Origin: an uncultured Ruminococcus sp.
Lineage (GTDB): Bacteria; Bacillota; Clostridia; Oscillospirales; Acutalibacteraceae
Assembly (NCBI GenBank): GCA_902800005.1
Contig: CADCCP010000004.1
Span: 3,773 to 67,772, forward strand
Length of the DNA stretch: 64,000 nt
Direction of reading: 5' to 3'
A program made the position numbers and the translations under genes. The notes beneath the pieces were generated by a model that saw only the letters and a list, made by a program, of their open reading frames with translations, did not search any database and was not told the DNA's origin. Below, in pieces: positions 46,098 to 55,134 of this stretch; the stretch's first letter is position 1, and every line of letters begins with the position of its first letter.

Positions 46098-47300
46098 TTA
46101 TTTCTGGACAAGTGCCATTGTATCCCTTGCGATAACGAGTTCTTCATTGGTCGGGATAACGAATACATCTACTGTTGAATCGGGAGTTGAGATCTTGCCT
46201 TCTACGCCACGAATTGCTTTTGAATTGAGTTCGGGATCAACTTTGACACCCATGTATGACAGATTATTGCACACGTTGATACGATGTGAACATTGGTTTT
46301 CACCGATACCTGCCGTAAATACGATAGCATCTACGCCGCCGAGAGCTGCTGTATAGCTGCCGATATATTTCAATATCTGGTATTCAAGAATGTCGATAGC
46401 AAGCTGTGCACGGGCATTTCCGCTTTCAGCGGCTGCGGTCACGTCACGGTCATCTGATGATACGCCGGATATACCCAAGAAGCCGGATTTTTTATTCAGA
46501 AGGGTATCCATTTCTGACGGTGTAAAGCCCTCTTTTTCAGCTATGAAAGTAACGACTGACGGATCAAGACAGCCTGTTCTTGTACCCATCATTATACCGT
46601 CAAGGGGAGTCAATCCCATACTTGTATCAATAACTTTACCGTCTTTTATAGCGGTGATAGATGAGCCGTTGCCCAAGTGACAGGTGATTATTTTAAGGTC
46701 TTTTATATCCTTGCCCATGAGTTCTGCACAACGGTTTGAAACGTACCTGTGAGATGTTCCGTGAAAACCGTATCTTCTTACAGCGTACTTTTCATAGTAT
46801 TCATAGGGAACGGGATATGTAAAGGCTTTCGGGGGCATGGTGGAATGGAAAGCAGTGTCAAATACGACAACTTCAGGAACTTCCGTACCGAAAACGTCAA
46901 GGCAAGCTCTGATACCCTGAACATGAGCGGCATTGTGGAGAGGAGCAAGGGGTATAAGGCTCTCAATGCCCTTAATGACATCTTCATTTACAAGCACAGA
47001 TTCACTGAACAAAGCACCGCCCTGCACTATTCTGTGACCGATAGCGGAAACCTCGTCAAGATTCTTGATAACGCCGTATTCTTCGCTGATAAGGGCATTT
47101 TTTATCTGCACGAATGCTTCCGTATGGTTGTTCATGACAACATCTGTTTCATAAACTCTGCCGTCACCCGTAGTGTGCTTGAAGTGACCGTCCACACCTA
47201 TTCTTTCGCAGTTGCCTTTTGCGATAACGCTTTCATCTTCCATATCAATGAGCTGATACTTCATAGACGAACTGCCCGCATTGATAACAAGTATTTTCAT
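46098..47300 (-). CDS. ackA: acetate kinase
   Basis: MKILVINAGSSSMKYQL, GHRIVQGG, FHGTSH and TCHLGNGSS motifs. Confidence 0.95.
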   Translation of the reverse strand: MKILVINAGSSSMKYQLIDMEDESVIAKGNCERIGVDGHFKHTTGDGRVYETDVVMNNHTEAFVQIKNALISEEYGVIKNLDEVSAIGHRIVQGGALFSESVLVNEDVIKGIESLIPLAPLHNAAHVQGIRACLDVFGTEVPEVVVFDTAFHSTMPPKAFTYPVPYEYYEKYAVRRYGFHGTSHRYVSNRCAELMGKDIKDLKIITCHLGNGSSITAIKDGKVIDTSMGLTPLDGIMMGTRTGCLDPSVVTFIAEKEGFTPSEMDTLLNKKSGFLGISGVSSDDRDVTAAAESGNARAQLAIDILEYQILKYIGSYTAALGGVDAIVFTAGIGENQCSHRINVCNNLSYMGVKVDPELNSKAIRGVEGKISTPDSTVDVFVIPTNEELVIARDTMALVQK

Positions 47301-47418
47301 TGAAACAAAACCTCCTGTTGATTTTTTATTTGCAAAAATTTATTTCAATGATATAATAATACTACAAATACAAATGAAATTCAATATTTTTTGTTAAATT
47401 TAGTAAGGAGATTTTTTG

Positions 47419-48579
47419 ATGAAAGTGTCGTCACTGATATGTGAATACAATCCTTTTCACAACGGACATAAATATATGCTTGAAAAGATGCGTGAAAACG
47501 GCAGTGAATATATAGTAGCCTGCATGAGCGGAAATTTCACTCAAAGAGGAGATGTTGCGATATTTGACAAGTACAGCCGTACAAAGACTGCCCTTGAAAA
47601 CGGTGTTGATCTGGTTATAGAATTGCCCGTCACATACGCCTGTGCTACCGCAGAAAAATTTGCATTGGGTGGAGTTTATATTTTAAACTCTCTCGGCTGC
47701 GTAAATGAGATATATTTCGGAAGTGAGTGCGGTGAAATTACGGCTCTGCAAAATACCGTTGATATTCTCGGTTCAGGCAAGTTTTCCGATGGTGTAAAAA
47801 AATATCTGTCACTCGGTCAGACATTTGCAAAAGCCCGTGAAAATGCCGTCAGAGAAATTTCCGAAATATCTGCGGAAATTTTAAAAAGTCCCAACAACAT
47901 TCTTGCAACGGAGTATATCAGGGCTTTGAAAAGCCTGAACTCCCCCATTTCTCCAAGAACGATTAAGCGTGAAGGCTCGGAGCATGACAGTCTGACCGCT
48001 GTTGATAATATTGCTTCAGCAACGCTTATCCGAAAAATGATACTTGAAAACAGTTCTGACTTTCAGAAATACGTTCCTTTCACGGATATTCCCGATATAC
48101 ATTCATCTTCAAAACTTGAAACGGCTTTTTTATACAAACTCAGGATGATGTCACTTGAAGATTTTAAAAGCCTGCCCGATATAAGTGAAGGTCTTGAAAA
48201 CCGTCTTTACAGTGCCGTCAGGAACGCTGTTTCTGTGGAAGAAGTCCTGTCGCTCGTCAAAACAAAACGATATACCCTTGCAAGATCAAGACGTATTTTA
48301 TTATATGCCTTTTTGGATATAAACAAAGAAGATCAACGTATTTTACCGAAATATATAAAAATTCTGGGCTTTAATTCCAAAGGACAAAATATTCTCCGTA
48401 CCATGCGTGAAACGGCACAACTGCCTGTTGTCATGAGATATTCCGATGTAAAAAAACTCTCCCCCGATGCCAAATATATCTATTCCCTTGAAAGCCGCTG
48501 TGATGACATATATGCCCTTTCGGGTGAAAACACTCTCCCATGCGGAAGCAATATGACAAACAATATTATTTTTCCATAA
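47419..48579 (+). CDS. tmcAL: tRNA(Met) cytidine acetate ligase (YlbM/TmcAL family nucleotidyltransferase)
   Basis: EYNPFHNGHKYM N-terminal HxGH motif, about 386 aa, AAGGAG RBS. Confidence 0.8.
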   Translation: MKVSSLICEYNPFHNGHKYMLEKMRENGSEYIVACMSGNFTQRGDVAIFDKYSRTKTALENGVDLVIELPVTYACATAEKFALGGVYILNSLGCVNEIYFGSECGEITALQNTVDILGSGKFSDGVKKYLSLGQTFAKARENAVREISEISAEILKSPNNILATEYIRALKSLNSPISPRTIKREGSEHDSLTAVDNIASATLIRKMILENSSDFQKYVPFTDIPDIHSSSKLETAFLYKLRMMSLEDFKSLPDISEGLENRLYSAVRNAVSVEEVLSLVKTKRYTLARSRRILLYAFLDINKEDQRILPKYIKILGFNSKGQNILRTMRETAQLPVVMRYSDVKKLSPDAKYIYSLESRCDDIYALSGENTLPCGSNMTNNIIFP

Positions 48580-48582
48580 ATT

Positions 48583-49512
48583 TTAATAGATCATATATAA
48601 CATATTGATGGTCAGACCTGCCGCTGTACCAAACAAGGCAATTTTATCTCCACGTTTTACAGTTCCCTCATGTATCGCTGTATAGAGTCCCATAGGTATC
48701 GCTGCAGAGATCATATTACCCCACTCTTTCACCCTGTCAATGTATTTTTCTTTCGGAACTCCCAATCTGTCCATGATAAGCCTGAGTGCTTTGCTTGCCT
48801 GATGGGGTATGAAGAAATCTATGTCATCAATATTTGTTCCCGTTTCAGAAAGAAACTCTTCTAAAAAATCAGGTATCTTCTTTGCCGCCAACTTCAAAAC
48901 ACGTTTGCCTTTCATGTCAAAATAATAGTCCTCTTTATTTTCGTCCGTCATTTTAAAGGCAGTCATCAAGCCGCAGCCGCCCCTTATTTCCGTATCATGC
49001 ACACCTTCAGAAAATGTACACTGCTTTGAACTTATCACACCGCTTTCACCATGACAAGCACTTACAACAAATGCTGTTGCCGTGTCCGAAAAAAGTTCAT
49101 AGCTTTCTTTTTGACTCGGATTCAGAGCTGCCGAAGCCGTGTCACCCGAAAAAATAAGTATATTTTTATAATTACCGCTGTCAATGAGATATGACGACAT
49201 ATCCAAAGCCGTTATAAAGCTCGTGCATGAGGAATTGACATCAAAGGCAGGAATAGATGTACCTTTGGCAATACGTTCATGCAGGAGTGATGCATTACAC
49301 GGGATAGCCTGTAAAGGCGTAGCTGTACCGCCTATTATCAAATCTATATTTTCAATGGACAAGCCTGCATTATCAAGAGCCTCTTTTACAGCCATCTCCG
49401 CAAGGTCAAGCAGCGTCTGACCGTCTTTCATACGGTATCTTGTCTGATCTCCGAAATGTACCGTATTTTCGGGCAGTGCCGCTCCACACCCCGTTATCCT
49501 TATATTTCTCAT
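48583..49512 (-). CDS. KAS III (FabH)-like condensing enzyme
   Basis: Cys-His-Asn triad contexts NSSCTSF, IPHQAS and WGNMISAAIP; 309 aa. Last gene of the operon. Confidence 0.85.
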   Translation of the reverse strand: MRNIRITGCGAALPENTVHFGDQTRYRMKDGQTLLDLAEMAVKEALDNAGLSIENIDLIIGGTATPLQAIPCNASLLHERIAKGTSIPAFDVNSSCTSFITALDMSSYLIDSGNYKNILIFSGDTASAALNPSQKESYELFSDTATAFVVSACHGESGVISSKQCTFSEGVHDTEIRGGCGLMTAFKMTDENKEDYYFDMKGKRVLKLAAKKIPDFLEEFLSETGTNIDDIDFFIPHQASKALRLIMDRLGVPKEKYIDRVKEWGNMISAAIPMGLYTAIHEGTVKRGDKIALFGTAAGLTINMLYMIY

Positions 49513-50786
49513 ACTTTCACATCTCCCGTCCGTTCAACTCTCTTTAACTTCCTGTTCTTGTCGTATATGTATTTCTCAAAACGAATTTTAGGCAATTCAA
49601 AATGATCGTCCTCAGCCAATTTTTTAAATTCACTTGTTATCTTTTCTTTCATTTGTTCATCAACATCGGCATAAATAATTATACTTTCGTCAGCCTGCTG
49701 AACGATCCTGTAATCCCTGATGTTTCCTGCAAATAAAATGCAGCGTCTGATAAAATCGGGAAAAATTTTTACTTCCTTTTCATCTCCGTGAAAAATAAAT
49801 ATATCGTCTTCCCTGCCCTCTATTTTTTCCAACGCTGTGCAGGAGCTTCCACACGGACATTTTCCTTTTTTCTCAACGAGAACGTCATTAAGTCTGTATC
49901 TTATTATCGGCTGTGAAGTTCTCTCAAAATCCGTTATTATCGGTATAAAGCGTTTTTCATCGACATATTCCTTCTCTATGAAAACTATATCTTCATTCAG
50001 ATGTAAAGTTCCGTATTTGCACGTTGCCGCAAGACAGCCCTCTGTACATTGATATACCTGATGTATCACCGACACTCCAAATGATTTTTTTATTCTCTCT
50101 TCATCCTCTTTTTCAAGCACCTCTGCAATGGATATTACGGTTTCGGGGTGAATATCTATCTTCTTTTTGTCAATAGCGGCAGCTATCATCAACAGTGCAG
50201 ACGGCTGAGCGACCAATATATCTGCACCGTTTTTACCGAGTTTTTCAATATTTTTATCCATGTCGGCATAAATGTCGTAAAACTCAAAACGGATATTATT
50301 TGAACCGACAGACTGATATAAATTTGAGTTTGCCCGCATGAAAAATGCGACTCTGTATTTTCCGAGAATACCGTGTGAAAGGAATTTTGCCAATACAAAG
50401 CCTGCCCATTTTTCCGTTTCGGTCTTTTCAACAAGAAATGCTCCTCTGCTGTGTGACGTACCCGAACTCAAGCCGACTGTTATATTTTTCAGCTTGTCAT
50501 CAAACTCCCTTGTACGCTCCGCATTTACGGCAAATTCCAATGCTTCATCTTTATTTATGCCGACGGTGTTTATCGTGTCGAAATTCTCCATCATGATACC
50601 CTTGTCTATGATGGGGAAATCTTTCAGTCGGTGTCCCTTGTATTTACGGTAAAATTCAGACTTTTCCGTGACAAAGGCGAGATGTTTTTTTAATTTCTTC
50701 TGTTGATAGGCTTCAAGTTTCTGACGATCGGAAAAACGTCTGTGCCTGAATCGCAGATATGTAAAAAGTATCCTTAACTTACTCAT
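49509..50786 (-). CDS. PaaK / F390-synthetase / LuxE-like adenylate-forming enzyme
   Basis: GLSSGTSHSRG P-loop-like motif, about 425 aa. ATG at 50786 lies 9 nt after GGAGG and overlaps the MBL stop (ATGAGTAA). Confidence 0.7.
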   Translation of the reverse strand: MSKLRILFTYLRFRHRRFSDRQKLEAYQQKKLKKHLAFVTEKSEFYRKYKGHRLKDFPIIDKGIMMENFDTINTVGINKDEALEFAVNAERTREFDDKLKNITVGLSSGTSHSRGAFLVEKTETEKWAGFVLAKFLSHGILGKYRVAFFMRANSNLYQSVGSNNIRFEFYDIYADMDKNIEKLGKNGADILVAQPSALLMIAAAIDKKKIDIHPETVISIAEVLEKEDEERIKKSFGVSVIHQVYQCTEGCLAATCKYGTLHLNEDIVFIEKEYVDEKRFIPIITDFERTSQPIIRYRLNDVLVEKKGKCPCGSSCTALEKIEGREDDIFIFHGDEKEVKIFPDFIRRCILFAGNIRDYRIVQQADESIIIYADVDEQMKEKITSEFKKLAEDDHFELPKIRFEKYIYDKNRKLKRVERTGDVKV

Positions 50787-51591
50787 AGACTTTTTCCTCC
50801 ATGCCACCGTGAGAAAAAATTATCTTCACATCGGAATATTCAGCGGAAAATTTCTGCAAAGCCCTGACGGTTTCGGAATATTTTCTGAAATCATCCTGTA
50901 TCAGTCTCGGCAGGAAATTCATTTTCGGCACTTCTTCCATAATATCCTCTCCCCAACAAGAATCCGCTGCAAAAAATATTTTATATTCGGGCAGATATAT
51001 TCCCATCTGTCCGTTTGCATGACCGTCAAGACGTACCCCAAACACAGAACCGTCACCGAATATATCATACACTTCACTGAAAAATCCACTAAGCATATTC
51101 TTTTCACTTGTCGGCGTGACGGTCTTTACTTTTATTTTTCCGTGAGGTATCATGTTTTTAAAAGTCAGAGAAAGAGTTTTTCCCTCTTTCATCTTTGCAA
51201 GAACATCTTTTGTAGTGATAAGCCTGTAATTTGAAAATCTGTTCAATGCACCGATATGATCGGGGTGTGCATGGGAAATTATGATATATTTTATACTATC
51301 GGGTGAAATGCCGTCATTCCTCAGCCTGACATCTATTATTTCCGACGGTTCGACAAAAGTTTTATTCAGAGAATTATAAATAAACGATACAAAACCGTTT
51401 TTGTAAACAAGTTCACTGTAACCCGTGTCAAAAAGGATATTTCCGAATTTTGCATGATGTAAATATACGACGAGTGCGGGAAATTTTCGGACATCTCTTT
51501 CATGCCCGTGAAAAACTATCCCTAAATCATTCTGACAGTATCCGCAGGCATACATCTTAATTCTTGTGATTTTCTTTCCACCATTTTCCAT
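50779..51591 (-). CDS. MBL-fold metallo-hydrolase
   Basis: HAHPDH motif. ATG at 51591 lies 10 nt after GGAGGGG and overlaps the SDR gene by 35 nt. Confidence 0.75.
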   Translation of the reverse strand: MENGGKKITRIKMYACGYCQNDLGIVFHGHERDVRKFPALVVYLHHAKFGNILFDTGYSELVYKNGFVSFIYNSLNKTFVEPSEIIDVRLRNDGISPDSIKYIIISHAHPDHIGALNRFSNYRLITTKDVLAKMKEGKTLSLTFKNMIPHGKIKVKTVTPTSEKNMLSGFFSEVYDIFGDGSVFGVRLDGHANGQMGIYLPEYKIFFAADSCWGEDIMEEVPKMNFLPRLIQDDFRKYSETVRALQKFSAEYSDVKIIFSHGGMEEKVYE

Positions 51592-52552
51592 ACTCGTTTA
51601 TCCCCTCCGCAAGACTTATAACAGGCTTATAGCCTAATTTTTTCTTAGCCTTTTCGATATTCAGAGTCTGTGAAAAGGCAAGCGTACAAACTGTATATTT
51701 TGTAAGCATCGGTTCACCCTTCAATTTAAATGTCCTGTAAAACCACTCCGAAAATACAGATACACTGTAAAGCAATCCGAAGGGCAGTTTCAGATATTTG
51801 GGTTTTTCGCCTATCGAGTCAAGAAACTGTTCTAAAATAGCACGAAATTCCATAGGTTCTCCGTTGGTGATATTAAAAATTTCTCCGTTGATGTTCTGAG
51901 TGACCGCCCCAAGATAACATGCATAAGCAACATTTTTAACGTGTGTTATGTCAACAAAATTTTTTCCGCCGTTCAGCAAAGGTATGCCTATTTTGGAATT
52001 TGCACGAAGCACTCTCGGAATAAGACTTGTATCACCTATGCCGAAAAGTCCCCTCGGACGTATCACAACAGTGTAAAGTCCCTTTTTATTATACTCTTTT
52101 ATAATATCCTCTGCCATTATCTTTGACTTGATGTAATAATTGAGTTCATTTGATTTGTCAACATCATGTTCATGTATGTCAAAACGGTCTTTTTTAGCGG
52201 AATAAACGCTCGGTGAGGATATATATACAAGTCTTTTTACTCCGTTTTCAATGCACAGCTCACATATATTTTTAGTACCCTTCACATTCGCATTGTAGAA
52301 ATCCTCCCACTTGCCCCACACGGTAGACAATGCCCCTGCATGAATGACACATTCCACGCCCTCAAAATATTTTGCACATTCCGCTTTATTTGTAAAATCT
52401 CCTTTACAAAAAGTGATGCCTTTTTTTTGAAGCTCCGCACCTGTTTTTGCATTTCTGCCGAGGGCGAGAACTTCAAAACCCTTTTCTTTCAGAAGCGGTG
52501 CAAGGTATTTTCCCAAAAATCCCGTTGCACCTGTGACAAGTATTTTTTTCAT
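51557..52552 (-). CDS. NAD(P)-dependent epimerase/dehydratase, 3beta-HSD-type extended SDR
   Basis: VTGATGFLGKYL Rossmann motif and YxxxK (YIKSK); 331 aa. Confidence 0.82.
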   Translation of the reverse strand: MKKILVTGATGFLGKYLAPLLKEKGFEVLALGRNAKTGAELQKKGITFCKGDFTNKAECAKYFEGVECVIHAGALSTVWGKWEDFYNANVKGTKNICELCIENGVKRLVYISSPSVYSAKKDRFDIHEHDVDKSNELNYYIKSKIMAEDIIKEYNKKGLYTVVIRPRGLFGIGDTSLIPRVLRANSKIGIPLLNGGKNFVDITHVKNVAYACYLGAVTQNINGEIFNITNGEPMEFRAILEQFLDSIGEKPKYLKLPFGLLYSVSVFSEWFYRTFKLKGEPMLTKYTVCTLAFSQTLNIEKAKKKLGYKPVISLAEGINEYGKWWKENHKN

Positions 52553-53694
52553 TTCATATGCCCCTCCAAAATATCCATCAATTTTTCCATCTCAACCGTT
52601 GAAAATGTTTTGATAAGCTTTTCATTTCGCTGAAAAGTGTTTATTATATCCGTACTTTCTGCATAAAGTTTACCGTGACTTTTCATGCCTCCGCCGATAT
52701 TTTCAAACATCTCCGCATTAGCAGCCTGTTCACCCTGTTGGGGAACGATAAGACAAGGTACACCCGCCGCCGCTGCTTCGCAAAGGCTATTCATGCCGCC
52801 TGCCGTGATAAAGAGTTTTGCACGGCTGAGAACTGCCGTCTGATCTGCAAACTTTGTAAGCACTATATTATGCGGAAACGACATTTCAGACAATTTACCA
52901 TAGCTTGCTCCGCACGATACAAGCAATCTGTAATGTGTGCCGTCAAACTCTTTTATCAGTTTCTTGTAGAAAGACCGACTTTTATTAAAGACCGTTCCCA
53001 AAGAAACATATATGAGATTATCGCTGTCAAGCACATCTCCCCTCTTGCCCGCACGCAAACGTGATGTGCTTCCCAAAAAGAAACAGTCCTCTCCAAAATT
53101 ATCTCCATCGGGATGCATACATCTCGGAAACGTGAATATATTCAAATTTTCACGGTTCATCAAAAGAGAGAGCATATCTGTTTTATCCGTGTGATAAAGC
53201 TCTTTAAGTTTTTTTCGGGCTTTCACGATATTTCCAAAGCGGTAAAGGCGTGAAATAGTCCTTAGAGCAAAATTCCTGCTGTACACTTTAAAAGTATTTG
53301 TATCCGTACCGTAAATAGTCTGTATGGTATTCACCGATACTGCAGGGATATTTAAAAAACTCGCCGTCACCCTTCCCCACAGCGAAAGCGTATCATGCAT
53401 GATAAGCACAGGTGAAATTTCTTTTGCCTCCTCGATCAGCTTTGGCAGGGCATATAAGGAGAATTTCAGTATAAGCTCTGTCAAAGGGATAATATCACTT
53501 CCTATTGAAGTATCAAAACAAATATTTCCGCTGTCGTACTCCCTGAAAATCGCACCGCTGTTTTCGATCATCTCTTTAAATTCCGATGTGGAATATGCGG
53601 TCACTTCATGCCCCCTGTCAATAAGACTGCTCAGAACAGGCAAAGCAGGATTGATATGACCGTGAGCAGGCACTGTATAGAATATCACTTTCAT
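52549..53694 (-). CDS. GT1-family (MGT/UDP-glycosyltransferase-like) glycosyltransferase
   Basis: MKVIFYTVPAHGHINP N-terminus and a C-terminal nucleotide-sugar motif GGMNSLCEAAAAGVPCLIVPQQGEQAANA. The ORF-track TTG start at 53778 is the -35 box. Confidence 0.85.
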   Translation of the reverse strand: MKVIFYTVPAHGHINPALPVLSSLIDRGHEVTAYSTSEFKEMIENSGAIFREYDSGNICFDTSIGSDIIPLTELILKFSLYALPKLIEEAKEISPVLIMHDTLSLWGRVTASFLNIPAVSVNTIQTIYGTDTNTFKVYSRNFALRTISRLYRFGNIVKARKKLKELYHTDKTDMLSLLMNRENLNIFTFPRCMHPDGDNFGEDCFFLGSTSRLRAGKRGDVLDSDNLIYVSLGTVFNKSRSFYKKLIKEFDGTHYRLLVSCGASYGKLSEMSFPHNIVLTKFADQTAVLSRAKLFITAGGMNSLCEAAAAGVPCLIVPQQGEQAANAEMFENIGGGMKSHGKLYAESTDIINTFQRNEKLIKTFSTVEMEKLMDILEGHMK

Positions 53695-53749
53695 TTTTAT
53701 CCGCATCCTTTCCTGAAAGCTACTTTGCATTACTAAGTAGCTTGATACT

Positions 53750-53778
53750 ACTATATCATGTCTGTTTAGAATTGTCAA
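53750..53778 (-). promoter_or_regulatory. consensus promoter of the five-gene operon
   Basis: On the - strand: TTGACA (53778-73), 17 nt, TATAGT (53755-50). The leader contains a 9-bp hairpin AAGCTACTT/AAGTAGCTT (53716-53744) just before the RBS. Confidence 0.65.
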
Positions 53779-53915
53779 TTATTTTTTTACATATGAACAT
53801 AAAAAATGCTATGAGAAAGATTTTTTCTCATAGCTTGTTTAGTGATTTTTCAACTTGACTTATCACGGGAAAATATTATAATAAAAATGGTAATAAAAGA
53901 ACGGAGTTGTAAAAA

Positions 53916-54431
53916 ATGGCAGAATTGAATATTGTTTTGGTAGAGCCTGAGATACCTCAGAATACAGGAAATATTGCAAGGACTTGTGCAGTTACAGGTG
54001 CAAAGCTGCATATAGTGAAACCTATGGGATTCACCCCCACAGACAAGCATCTCAAACGGGCAGGTCTGGATTATTGGAATTATCTTGACCTGACGTATTA
54101 TGAAAATTTGGAAGACTTCTTTGAAAGGACAAAAGGCGGCACTTATTACTATTTTTCCAAAAAGGCAAAGTATGCCTATACAGAGATAGACTATCCTGAT
54201 AAATGTTATATCGTTTTCGGAAAGGAAACAAAAGGCTTGCCCGAAAAACTTTTATATAACAATCCCGAAACGACTGTAAGGATACCCATGATCGATGGAG
54301 CGAGATGTTTGAATTTATCGAGTGCGGCGGCTGTAGGTGCTTACGAAGTGTTAAGGCAGTGGGGATTTCCGGAACTCGTCAATGACGGCAGGCTGAAAGA
54401 ATATGATTGGAGAATGAGCAATGAGAAGTGA
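53916..54431 (+). CDS. trmL: tRNA (cytidine/uridine-34 2'-O)-methyltransferase TrmL (SpoU/TrmH family)
   Basis: LVEPEIPQNTGNIARTC, FGKETKGLP and RIPM...RCLNLSSAA motifs; 171 aa. Confidence 0.85.
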   Translation: MAELNIVLVEPEIPQNTGNIARTCAVTGAKLHIVKPMGFTPTDKHLKRAGLDYWNYLDLTYYENLEDFFERTKGGTYYYFSKKAKYAYTEIDYPDKCYIVFGKETKGLPEKLLYNNPETTVRIPMIDGARCLNLSSAAAVGAYEVLRQWGFPELVNDGRLKEYDWRMSNEK

Positions 54432-55110
54432 CGATTTTCTTGACAGATATAAAAAATTGGAAGAAGCACTTAACTTGAAGTACGGGCTTGATGAAAAGAC
54501 ATTCGGCAGTCCCGTGGTGAAGTTCATAAATGACAGGGAAGGCAAAAATTACAGAGAGAAGTTGGACTTATGCAGAGAGATAAGAAACTTTCTGTCACAT
54601 CATGCAGACATAGGCGGAGAACCTATCATAGAGCCGTCCGAGAGCATCATCAATTTTCTTGATGAAGTGATACAGTTTGTAGAGAGACCTCCTCTTGCAA
54701 GGGGCTTTTGTACGCTTTATGAAAATGTACTGAAAACAACTCCCTCTCAGAAAGCACAGACTGTCATGAAAAAAATGCAGAGAATGGGTTTTTCACACAT
54801 ACCTGTGGTATCTGAGGGGGAGTTTATAGGTGTTTTCAGTGTCAGCACAGTCTTCAGCTATGCACTTAAATACGGCATTACGGAAGAATTGACGATAGGG
54901 GATTTTGAAGAATTTTTACCGCCTGACAAGCATGAAAATGAGAAATTCAAATTCATGCACAAGGATGTAAGTTTGTTTGAAGTAAGGTCGGAATTTGAGA
55001 AAAAGCCCTTCCGAAGCAAAAAATTAGCAGTAATATTTCTGACAGAGAACGGCACTCCCAACGGTAAAATAGTCGGCTTGCTCACTCCATGGGACGTTAT
55101 AAATGCATAA
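54421..55110 (+). CDS. CBS-pair protein with N-terminal helical HEPN-like domain
   Basis: N-terminal 90 aa contain REIRNFLSHH (Rx4H). The C-terminal half has two CBS-like units (MGFSHIPVVSEGEFIGVFS; KIVGLLTPWDV). Overlaps trmL by 11 nt. Confidence 0.65.
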   Translation: MRSDDFLDRYKKLEEALNLKYGLDEKTFGSPVVKFINDREGKNYREKLDLCREIRNFLSHHADIGGEPIIEPSESIINFLDEVIQFVERPPLARGFCTLYENVLKTTPSQKAQTVMKKMQRMGFSHIPVVSEGEFIGVFSVSTVFSYALKYGITEELTIGDFEEFLPPDKHENEKFKFMHKDVSLFEVRSEFEKKPFRSKKLAVIFLTENGTPNGKIVGLLTPWDVINA

Positions 55111-55134
55111 TTCATAATGCATAATGCATAATTA
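55105..55134. repeat. tandem heptamer array (GCATAAT/TCATAAT x4)
   Basis: GCATAAT TCATAAT GCATAAT GCATAAT TA. It contains the stop codons of both convergent genes (TAA 55108-10; TTA 55132-34). Confidence 0.8.

Noticed and set aside
45411-46168. - strand ORFs of 138 and 114 aa over the repeat region
   Set aside because: They are antisense to the Dabb/zinc-ribbon repeat gene and duplicated only because the underlying DNA is duplicated. The second also runs through two terminators.
46749-47303. 184-aa + strand ORF
   Set aside because: It is antisense to ackA, which has very strong acetate kinase motifs.
53695-53778. Longer start for the GT1 gene (track start at 53778)
   Set aside because: The start there is the TTG of a TTGACA -35 box, which is followed at 17 nt by TATAGT. 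GT1 homology (MKVIFYTVPAHGHINP) begins at the ATG at 53694, which has an AGGAAAGGA RBS.
53806-53834. Hairpin GCTATGAGAAAgattTTTCTCATAGC in the divergent trmL/operon promoter region, considered as a terminator or operator
   Set aside because: It lies upstream of both divergent promoters, so it terminates nothing obvious. There is no supporting evidence for an operator, so it is noted only.
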